From: an uncultured virus (IMG/VR IMGVR_UViG_3300040815_001293)
Taxonomy: Duplodnaviria; Heunggongvirae; Uroviricota; Caudoviricetes
Reading direction: 5' to 3' (one strand)
Virus record (IMG/VR): IMGVR_UViG_3300040815_001293
Length of the DNA: 20,000 nt
Each line of letters begins with the position of its first letter. The first letter of the stretch is position 1. Of the stretch, positions 8,883-16,187 are shown in pieces. Both the position numbers and the translations under genes were made by a program. The notes under the pieces were generated by a model. The model ran no database searches. It was not told the DNA's origin and worked only from the letters and a program-made list of their open reading frames with translations.

Positions 8883-9629
8883 ATGAAACATCAAACTAAT
8901 TGGAATAAAACTTTACAACCTGCAGATGATTATGAAAGTAGTTGGGATTGGACAGTTGCACACAGTGAATACCATTTCGATGACAATGTCAAAGACCAAG
9001 AAGGTGATTGGTTTAAAGTATTAGGGAGATTTGATAATCCAAGTCTGTGGAAAGAAGAAACAGATAGATTAAAAAAAGATTCAACTAAGGCAATTAATTG
9101 GCAAACAAGAAAGTTTTTTGGAGATTCTCCAAAAGAGTCACCAATGTTAAAGCAAGAAGAATATGATATTGCACAAGGCGGCGGCGACCCTAAAGAACTT
9201 ATGTTAACTAACATGACAGATGAGTTAGAGAATTATCCTACACTTTTAAAAATGAAAGAGCATTTTGGTGTTATTGGAGATCAGAACGAATTTAAAGTCC
9301 GTTGTCACACTCAATTAACTGGACAGATGTTCAACTTGCATATTGACAAATTATGGGATCGTTGTTTAGAAGATCCAGAAAAAATATGTCGTATTACATT
9401 TTTCTTAGAAGATTGGAAACCTGGACAATTTTATATGTATGGTAATTATATATATGAACGTTGGAAAGCCGGCGAAGCACATATTTTTGATTGGCCCAAT
9501 GTACCACACGCAACGGCTAATACAAGTAGTTACCCGAGACCTATTATTCAGATTACAGGATTAAAATCTGAAAAGACTAGAGAAATTATTGCTAACGGTT
9601 CACGTGACACAGTATGGACACTAGAGTAA
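8883..9629 (+). CDS. 2OG-Fe(II)/cupin-fold oxygenase (Asp/Asn beta-hydroxylase-like)
   Basis: HxD...H facial triad (LHIDK...PHATAN), WKAGEAHIFD strand and distal Arg (YPRPIIQITG). Confidence 0.7.
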   Translation: MKHQTNWNKTLQPADDYESSWDWTVAHSEYHFDDNVKDQEGDWFKVLGRFDNPSLWKEETDRLKKDSTKAINWQTRKFFGDSPKESPMLKQEEYDIAQGGGDPKELMLTNMTDELENYPTLLKMKEHFGVIGDQNEFKVRCHTQLTGQMFNLHIDKLWDRCLEDPEKICRITFFLEDWKPGQFYMYGNYIYERWKAGEAHIFDWPNVPHATANTSSYPRPIIQITGLKSEKTREIIANGSRDTVWTLE

Positions 9630-9642
9630 GAAGTGGTAGAAA

Positions 9643-10284
9643 TTGAAACCAATACTAACAATAATGACAGGACCACAAGGTAGTGGTAATCATCTATTCA
9701 GTAAAGCATTAGGTCAAAATAAAAATATTTTTGCATGGCCTAGTTTACAAGAAAAGTATTGGGAAGGGCACGACTTAGAACCATTTGCAGAATATTGGAA
9801 ACACCCTAGTAGATTAAACAGATTTGACTGGACTCAAAGTTATCATTATGCAACAAGTATCAGTTGTCCATATTTTGATGATGGTAAAGAAACTATTCCA
9901 AATTATAAAAAATTTACAAAAGAAGCAAGTAAATATGCAAATATCCAATTTGCTATTATTGGTAGAGATAAAAACATATTAGAATTACAACAAGCGAGAG
10001 TAAGGGGTAAACTTACTACTCCTTTTTTTATGAAAGAGATTGAATATATAATCTCAAATTATAAAACAATTTTTGCAAGTCAAGAGTTATTATACCTGTA
10101 TAAATTATCTTATTTAAATTGGTTAGAAACAGAAATAGGGTTATTGCCATTAGAACTAACTACTAATGATACTATACTTTTAAAAATATTGAATACTGAC
10201 GCCAATGCAAAATATATATCACAAGCAGAGTCGAAATTAGACGAAACAATAAAATTAGCAAGTAGTAAAAAAGGTGCAATATGA
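9643..10284 (+). CDS. Sulfotransferase-like P-loop protein (TTG start)
   Basis: N-terminal IMTGPQGSGNHLF resembles a degenerate 5'-PAPS-binding loop (GxxRSGT) and IIGRD resembles the 3'-phosphate-binding RDP motif; adjacent to an APS kinase. Confidence 0.5.
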   Translation: MKPILTIMTGPQGSGNHLFSKALGQNKNIFAWPSLQEKYWEGHDLEPFAEYWKHPSRLNRFDWTQSYHYATSISCPYFDDGKETIPNYKKFTKEASKYANIQFAIIGRDKNILELQQARVRGKLTTPFFMKEIEYIISNYKTIFASQELLYLYKLSYLNWLETEIGLLPLELTTNDTILLKILNTDANAKYISQAESKLDETIKLASSKKGAI

Positions 10285-10724
10285 AAATTTTAATATTTGG
10301 CTTGCCCGGTAGTGGAAAAACTACACTAGCAAAGCCAATGGCGGACTTACTCGGTGCAATACACATTAATGCAGACGAAGTACGCAAAACTTATGATGAC
10401 TGGGACTTTAGTTTAGTAGGTCGTTTAAGACAAGCCCAACGTATGCGTCATTTAGCAGACGGTGTTGTTATGGCAGGAAAAATTGCTATAGCAGATTTTG
10501 TTTGTCCTACTGAACAAGCACGAAAAGAATTCAATCCAGATTATACAGTTTGGATGAATACTATAAAAGAAGGTCGTTATGAAGACACGAATACTATGTT
10601 TGAAGATCCACTTCATTATGATTATCATGTAGCAGAATGGTTTACTGATACACATCAACAACTTTCAGCAGTTATAAAAAATTATATCCTTAGAAAAGAA
10701 AATAAGCCTACAGGGAGATTATAA
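10281..10724 (+). CDS. cysC: Adenylylsulfate (APS) kinase-like protein
   Basis: GLPGSGKTT P-loop, NADEVR, DFSLVGRLRQ, ADFVCP...R and FEDP mirror the CysC motifs; ATGA overlap with the upstream gene. Confidence 0.8.
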   Translation: MKILIFGLPGSGKTTLAKPMADLLGAIHINADEVRKTYDDWDFSLVGRLRQAQRMRHLADGVVMAGKIAIADFVCPTEQARKEFNPDYTVWMNTIKEGRYEDTNTMFEDPLHYDYHVAEWFTDTHQQLSAVIKNYILRKENKPTGRL

Positions 10725-11113
10725 TGTTTGACTGGAAAAAACCAACAACACAAATGTTAGGCAGATGGCAACCTTGGCACGATGGTCATACAGAGCTTTT
10801 TAAACGTGCATTAGCACAATCTGGACAAGTGATTATTATGGTAAGAGATGTACAAGGAGCAGATGCTGGTATGGGTAATACTGATAATCCTTTTGATTTT
10901 AACCAAGTTGTAGTCAATATACGCAATGGTTTAGAAAAGCATGGATTTACAATGAATCAAGAGTATATTGTTATGAAAGTACCTAATATTATCGACATAA
11001 GTTATGGTAGAGGTGTAGGTTACACATTTACAGAACATGACTTAGGAAAAGAAATACATAACATTAGTGCAACAAAAATCCGTGCAAATATGCGGAATTC
11101 TGGTAAATTATAA
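10724..11113 (+). CDS. HxGH-family nucleotidyltransferase (cytidyltransferase-like)
   Basis: GRWQPWHDGH and C-terminal ISATKIR; TAATG stop/start overlap with cysC. Confidence 0.8.
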   Translation: MFDWKKPTTQMLGRWQPWHDGHTELFKRALAQSGQVIIMVRDVQGADAGMGNTDNPFDFNQVVVNIRNGLEKHGFTMNQEYIVMKVPNIIDISYGRGVGYTFTEHDLGKEIHNISATKIRANMRNSGKL

Positions 11114-11131
11114 AAAAAGATAAAAAACCGG

Positions 11132-11160
11132 TTGACTTTGATTACCCAATACTGTATATT
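11132..11160 (+). promoter_or_regulatory. Sigma70-type promoter driving the non-coding element
   Basis: TTGACT (11132-11137) - 17 nt - TATATT (11155-11160), preceded by an A-tract. Confidence 0.7.
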
Positions 11161-11166
11161 AATAAT

Positions 11167-11395
11167 TAACAACTAACACAAAAGTCTTTATAAAACTTTT
11201 GAGTTTGTGGCGGAACAACTCTTCGGCAGAGGGGTAACGCACACTAATTCTTTTTAGGCGCCCGAGTGGGTAGGTTTAAGAGGAGGTGGTTCTAGTATAT
11301 TTCATATCTAAACCTTGCAAAAAATAGATGTGATCTGCTATTAGAAAGTTGGGGGTGAGTTCACAGCAAGGCCCTCCGAACAGTTAGTTGTAACA
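11167..11395 (+). ncRNA. Putative structured non-coding RNA of unknown family
   Basis: No meaningful ORF; about 52% GC over 11201-11290 by hand count versus a strongly AT-rich background; terminal helix acaactaac (11169-11177)/gttagttgt (11383-11391) encloses several hairpins; bounded by two promoters. Confidence 0.6.
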
Positions 11396-11421
11396 ATTAT
11401 TTCACATTCAGAAAAAAAAGG

Positions 11422-11450
11422 TTGACTTTGGATAAGAAGATAAATATAAT
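11422..11450 (+). promoter_or_regulatory. Composite promoter for the SSB gene: sigma70-type plus embedded late box
   Basis: TTGACT (11422-11427) - 17 nt - TATAAT (11445-11450), with TAAATA at 11441-11446. Confidence 0.75.
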
Positions 11451-11537
11451 TGTTAGCAGTACATCAGGAAGGTGTACAAATTGCTATCATAGGCAATATT
11501 ATTAATAACATAACTAGGCAAAAGAGAGGCATATATT

Positions 11538-12551
11538 ATGGCATCATTAGCAGATATCCGTGCGAAACTACAAGCACAGGACACCCGCTCACAAGGCGGA
11601 AACCGCGGCGGCGACAACGCAATTTTCCCACATTGGAACATTTCAGAAGGACAAAGTACAACACTTCGTTTTCTTCCAGATTCCAATTCACAAAACACAT
11701 TTTTCTGGGCCGAACGAGCAATGATTCGTTTACCGTTCCAAGGCATTAAAGGACAAGTAGATAGTAAACCTATTACTGTTCAAGTACCTTGTATGGAAAT
11801 GTGGGAACCAGTAGGTTCTTGTCCAATTCTAGCAGAAGTTAGACCGTGGTTTAAAGACAGTTCTTTAGAAGACATGGGTCGTAAGTATTGGAAAAAGAAA
11901 TCTTATGTATTCCAAGGTTTTGTGCGTGATAATCCATTAGATGAGGAATCTCCAGAGAATCCAATTCGTAGGTTTATTATGGGACCACAATTATTCAACA
12001 TTATCAAGGCATCTTTAATGGATCCTGATATGGAAGAATTACCAACAGATTACAATAAAGGAATTGACTTCCGTGTTGTAAAAACTTCTAAAGGTGGTTA
12101 CGCAGATTATTCAACTTCTAATTGGGCAAGAAAAGAAACTGCTCTTTCTGAAGAAGAACAAAAAGCGATTGAAACATATGGTCTATATGACTTAAATGAT
12201 TTCCTTCCTAAAAAACCTAATGAAGCCGAAGTTGGCATTATCAAACAAATGTTTGAAGATAGTGTCGATGGTAAGGCATATGACTCTGAAAAGTTTGGAC
12301 AATATTTCCGACCTTCGGGAGTACAACTACCGGACAATGGTAGTGCTAAAACAGTAGAAGCGGCTCCAACGCCAACTCCTACTGCAACTCAGACATCTGC
12401 TCCAGCAGAAACTGTGTCTGCTCCACAAGTTGAAGCAGTTGCAACTCCGGTTGCGGCACCTGTGGCAACACCGGCCCCAGCAACATCAGGTGGTGAATCA
12501 GGACAACGTGCTGAAGATATTTTAGCAATGATTCGTTCAAGACAACAGTAA
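11538..12551 (+). CDS. 32: Single-stranded DNA-binding protein, T4 gp32-like
   Basis: LRFLPD, VPCMEMW...CPIL, KYWKKKSY, GIDFRVVKTSKGGYADYSTSNW match the gp32 core; lies upstream of uvsX. Confidence 0.88.
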   Translation: MASLADIRAKLQAQDTRSQGGNRGGDNAIFPHWNISEGQSTTLRFLPDSNSQNTFFWAERAMIRLPFQGIKGQVDSKPITVQVPCMEMWEPVGSCPILAEVRPWFKDSSLEDMGRKYWKKKSYVFQGFVRDNPLDEESPENPIRRFIMGPQLFNIIKASLMDPDMEELPTDYNKGIDFRVVKTSKGGYADYSTSNWARKETALSEEEQKAIETYGLYDLNDFLPKKPNEAEVGIIKQMFEDSVDGKAYDSEKFGQYFRPSGVQLPDNGSAKTVEAAPTPTPTATQTSAPAETVSAPQVEAVATPVAAPVATPAPATSGGESGQRAEDILAMIRSRQQ

Positions 12552-12557
12552 TAAATC

Positions 12558-12590
12558 TAGGGAGGCGACTTCGGTCGTCTCCTATTTTTA
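12558..12590 (+). terminator. Intrinsic terminator with C(UUCG)G tetraloop
   Basis: ggaggcgac TTCG gtcgtctcc (12561-12582) followed by tattttt; UUCG loops are typical of T4-like terminators. Confidence 0.85.
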
Positions 12591-12606
12591 ACGTGAGAGA
12601 TAAAAC

Positions 12607-13665
12607 ATGGCAAAACCGTTTGACGTAAGTAAATTTCGTAAAGATATTACGAAAAGTATTGATGGTTTAAGTATTGGCTTTAATGATCCAACAGATTGGA
12701 TTAGTACAGGAAGTTATGCATTAAACTATCTAGTAAGTGGAGACTTTTATAAAGGTCTTCCGTTAGGAAAAGTAAGTGTATTCGCAGGAGAATCAGGAGC
12801 AGGTAAAAGTTACTTTGCATCTGGTAATGTAATTAAGTCTGCACAAGAACAAGGTATCTTTGTAGTATTAATTGACTCTGAGAATGCATTAGATGAAACG
12901 TGGCTAAAAGCATTAGGCGTAGACACAAATGAAAGTAAACTATTAAAATTAAGTATGGCAATGTTAGATGATGTTGCTAAAACTATTAGTACGTTTATGA
13001 AAGATTATAGAGATATGCCTGATGGCGAAAGACCAAAGGTATTATTTGTAATTGACTCATTAGGTATGATGATGACACCAACAGAACTTAATCAGTTTGA
13101 TAGTGGTGACATGAAAGGCGATATGGGTCGTAAAGCAAAAGCTCTAAAGGCATTAGTAACAAACTGTGTTAATATGTTTGGTAGTTACAATGTAGGGCTA
13201 GTAGCAACAAACCACACTTACCAATCACAAGATATGTTTGATCCAGATGATAAAATATCTGGTGGACAAGGCTTTATATATGCTTCAAGTATTGTTATTG
13301 CAATGAAGAAGTTAAAACTAAAAGAAGACCTTGACGGAAACAAAGTAAGTGATGTACGTGGTATTAGAGCAGGTTGTAAAGTAATGAAAACTCGTTACAG
13401 TAAACCGTTCGAAGGTGTACAAGTAAAGATCCCTTATGAAACAGGAATGGATCCTTACAGTGGACTTGTTGAATTGTTTGAAAAAGCCGGCTTACTTAAA
13501 AAGCAAGGCAACAGACTTGCATACAAATCAAAAGATGGAACAGAAGTTATTGAGTTCCGTAAAAACTGGACAGGCGAAAAACTTGAGATTGTAATGAAAG
13601 ACATTACATCTGGAGACACAGTTTTAGATACTGAAGAAGTAACCGAACCAGTTACAGAAGAATAA
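12607..13665 (+). CDS. uvsX: RecA-like recombinase UvsX
   Basis: Walker A GESGAGKS, IDSENALD, Walker B FVIDSLG, GDMGRKAK, TNHTY, SGGQG. Confidence 0.93.
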   Translation: MAKPFDVSKFRKDITKSIDGLSIGFNDPTDWISTGSYALNYLVSGDFYKGLPLGKVSVFAGESGAGKSYFASGNVIKSAQEQGIFVVLIDSENALDETWLKALGVDTNESKLLKLSMAMLDDVAKTISTFMKDYRDMPDGERPKVLFVIDSLGMMMTPTELNQFDSGDMKGDMGRKAKALKALVTNCVNMFGSYNVGLVATNHTYQSQDMFDPDDKISGGQGFIYASSIVIAMKKLKLKEDLDGNKVSDVRGIRAGCKVMKTRYSKPFEGVQVKIPYETGMDPYSGLVELFEKAGLLKKQGNRLAYKSKDGTEVIEFRKNWTGEKLEIVMKDITSGDTVLDTEEVTEPVTEE

Positions 13666-13674
13666 GGAGACCTT

Positions 13675-13905
13675 ATGGAAGAGGATATGCTACCAGAAAT
13701 TTGGAATGTATTAAAAGAATATATTCCGGCAAAAGATAAAGTTACTGCGGCAGATCATTGGGTATCATCTTTAATTGACTTAGGTGTTAGCGACGAAGCA
13801 TTAAAAGAATTGTCTAAAGAAGACAACTATATTCGCGATGCAGTTCTGAACGCAGTACCAGATGAGGATTTTGACGATGACGAAGATCCGTATGGAGAAG
13901 AATAA
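13675..13905 (+). CDS. Small acidic hypothetical protein
   Basis: AAGGAG RBS; 76 aa with DEDFDDDEDPYGEE tail; TAATG coupling to uvsY. Confidence 0.8.
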   Translation: MEEDMLPEIWNVLKEYIPAKDKVTAADHWVSSLIDLGVSDEALKELSKEDNYIRDAVLNAVPDEDFDDDEDPYGEE

Positions 13906-14360
13906 TGAGTTGGTATGGTAAAGTAACACACGACATATCGAAGTTACCAGATTTTATTTTACACTTTGAAAGTGAACTTGAAGATGCAAAAAAAGATGTA
14001 GGTATCTACGGTATTGTAGAAAAAAGTATTCGTGCTTTACCAGGAGTAACTGAGCATCGTTTTAATCAACTACAAGAAGTTGAAGCGGTGCTCAACCATC
14101 TCAATATTCAATTAAGAAAAATTCGAAGAAAACATTTTCAAAAATATCTTGAAACATATCAAAGAGCATTAACAAGTCGTGATGCTGAAAAGTATGTTGA
14201 TGGCGAAGATGAAGTTATTGACTTTGAAACATTAATAAATGAAGTTGCGTTATTGCGTAATAAATGGCTTGGAATAATGAAAGGCCTGGATGCAAAACAA
14301 TGGCAACTAGGACACATTGTTAAACTTAGAACAGCCGGAATGGAAGATGTATCATTATAA
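13905..14360 (+). CDS. uvsY: Recombination mediator UvsY-like protein
   Basis: Helical 151 aa; ALTSRDAEKYVDGEDEV...MKGLDAKQWQLGHIVKLRTAG resembles the UvsY C-terminus; located next to uvsX and gp32. Confidence 0.75.
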   Translation: MSWYGKVTHDISKLPDFILHFESELEDAKKDVGIYGIVEKSIRALPGVTEHRFNQLQEVEAVLNHLNIQLRKIRRKHFQKYLETYQRALTSRDAEKYVDGEDEVIDFETLINEVALLRNKWLGIMKGLDAKQWQLGHIVKLRTAGMEDVSL

Positions 14361-14649
14361 TATAAGTAAAAAAGCAGTAGAAATACTGTCAGAATACAAT
14401 AAATTCTCAAAAGAGTATAGTAAATATGTTACCGCACTTACTGAAGAAGATAATGAGAATCCAAATTGTGTAAAATTTAAACAACAAAAACATACATTGG
14501 ATCAACTAGCAGACGATTTAAATCGTAGTTTTAAAAAAGTAAGTTCAAATGTATTTGACAAAAAGATAACAAATACAGAACGTAAGTTAGAACAAGTAAA
14601 AGTTGATTTCATGAAGGGAATGTTAAATAATGGATTTCTTATTAAGTAA
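14347..14649 (+). CDS. Hypothetical coiled-coil protein
   Basis: In-frame ATG at 14347 overlapping the uvsY end is more plausible than the ORF-track start at 14317; fills the gap to the next gene. Confidence 0.6.
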   Translation: MYHYNISKKAVEILSEYNKFSKEYSKYVTALTEEDNENPNCVKFKQQKHTLDQLADDLNRSFKKVSSNVFDKKITNTERKLEQVKVDFMKGMLNNGFLIK

Positions 14650-15382
14650 CCCAGCCAATTCTAGACTACACAGTCTTAATTTTTTAAATCAAATATACGG
14701 ATATCCTGAAATGCTAGAAAGCATTGACAGTGTATTAGATGTTGGAAGTCGTGATGGACACGATGCATTTTGGTGGGCAATGTGTGATGATGGAGATGAA
14801 CAAAATCCAATACCTCTTAATATTAATGTTACTGCATTAGATAAAAATCCTGTTTGGAATACAGATTTTGAACATAAAAATATTAATAAAGTAAAAGGCG
14901 ACTGGGATGAAATTACATTTGATAAAAAGTTTGATGTAGTTTGGGCTCATAGTGTTTTACAAGAAGCAAAAGATCCATTAAAATTTTTACATAAAATGAA
15001 TGAAGTTTGTTCAGACGGGGGAGTTTTATGTTTAAGTTTTCCAAGTAATGTTAATACCTTTTATGGAGAACCTGATCATAGAGTGTATGATACTGCAACA
15101 CATCATATTACTATTGTAAGTTTAATTCATATGTTGGCACTGAGTGGTTTTAATACGAGAGACGGATTTTTACATAAACAACCTAATACTAACATCATTA
15201 ATGCATTTGTTTACAAAGATTCAAATGAAGTTTATGATTATAATGAAAAAACAATAAGCGATTTACTAGATTTAATGCCTGAAGTTTGTTCTGAACAAAT
15301 AAACAAATTTGGGTATTTAACAAATAAAGGATTGCTATTAAAATGGTTATCTGGTACCATTGTAGACTACTCAAACGTCTAA
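14630..15382 (+). CDS. Class I SAM-dependent methyltransferase
   Basis: Motif I VLDVGSRDG, VTALD, FDVVWAHSVL, DGGVLCLSFP. Confidence 0.82.
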   Translation: MDFLLSNPANSRLHSLNFLNQIYGYPEMLESIDSVLDVGSRDGHDAFWWAMCDDGDEQNPIPLNINVTALDKNPVWNTDFEHKNINKVKGDWDEITFDKKFDVVWAHSVLQEAKDPLKFLHKMNEVCSDGGVLCLSFPSNVNTFYGEPDHRVYDTATHHITIVSLIHMLALSGFNTRDGFLHKQPNTNIINAFVYKDSNEVYDYNEKTISDLLDLMPEVCSEQINKFGYLTNKGLLLKWLSGTIVDYSNV

Positions 15383-15413
15383 TATATTGTAGCACAACTA
15401 GATAAGTACTTAT

Positions 15414-16187
15414 ATGAAGAAACTTGTGCTAGTAACGGGCGGATTTGACCCCTTACACGACGGACATATATCCTATTTTATTGATGCTAAAAAACTCGGA
15501 GACAAGTTAATTGTAGGCGTTAACAGTGATGAGTGGCTCAGACATAAAAAAGGCAAAGAGTTTCAAAGCCTAAACATTCGTAAAACAATCATAAAACATT
15601 TAGACATGGTATCTGATGTCATCGAGTTTGATGACAGTGATGGCACTGCCTCCGGTGCTATAGAACTCTTACTAAAAGAGTACCCGCATGATGAAATCGT
15701 TTTCGCCAATGGAGGAGACCGGGTAGAAGAATCAACACCTGAAGTTAAAAAATTTGCATCTAAAGACAGAGTGTCATTTAAATTCAATGTAGGTGATGAA
15801 AAGAAATATGGTTCTCGCGATTTCCTTGCTTCTTGGGTAAATGCAAAAACAGATAGACCATGGGGTCATTATAAAATTTTATATAGAGACGACGGTGTTA
15901 AAGTAAAAGAGATTGTAATTAATCCAGGTAAGTCTTTATCATACCAAAAACATAATCTTAGAAGTGAACTTTGGCTAGTTACTAAAGGTGACGTTGCTAA
16001 TAATATTGAACACCCAGAAGATCCAAGACTAATTCATCAGCAAGTACTACACAAACACGAGTTCACAAACATAGAACCAAATACTTGGCATCAGTTAAAT
16101 AATCCTAGTACAGAAGATGTAAAACTTGTAGAAATACAATACGGCGAAAAGTGTACCGAGGAAGATATAGAACGTAAAGATGAATAG
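15414..16187 (+). CDS. Cytidylyl/adenylyltransferase (RfaE/TagD-like) fused to a type II mannose-6-phosphate isomerase-like cupin
   Basis: N-terminal VTGGFDPLHDGH, GVNSDEWL, FANGGDR; C-terminal RPWGHY...SLSYQKHNLRSELW...WHQLNNP...VEIQYG...EEDIER. Preceded by gaTAAGTActtatATG. Confidence 0.85.
   Translation: MKKLVLVTGGFDPLHDGHISYFIDAKKLGDKLIVGVNSDEWLRHKKGKEFQSLNIRKTIIKHLDMVSDVIEFDDSDGTASGAIELLLKEYPHDEIVFANGGDRVEESTPEVKKFASKDRVSFKFNVGDEKKYGSRDFLASWVNAKTDRPWGHYKILYRDDGVKVKEIVINPGKSLSYQKHNLRSELWLVTKGDVANNIEHPEDPRLIHQQVLHKHEFTNIEPNTWHQLNNPSTEDVKLVEIQYGEKCTEEDIERKDE

Noticed and set aside
6308..11113. Auxiliary operon as bacterial contamination or a prophage boundary
   Set aside because: It is flanked on both sides by core T4-like genes, has similar base composition and shows the same GCWGC-avoiding Ala-Ala recoding.
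11167..11395. Assignment of the ncRNA as RNase P RNA, tmRNA or tRNA (fragments such as agcaaggcc, gaaagt, gggggtga)
   Set aside because: The conserved elements are missing or out of order: no GAGGAAAGUCC/ACAGAA..CGGCUUA pair, no T-loop plus CCA end, no tag reading frame, no cloverleaf.
11450..11749. Alternative-frame + strand ORFs (11450..11749, also 5695..5886 and 19019..19204)
   Set aside because: They overlap clearly real genes out of frame, and their composition reflects the codon bias of the real frame.
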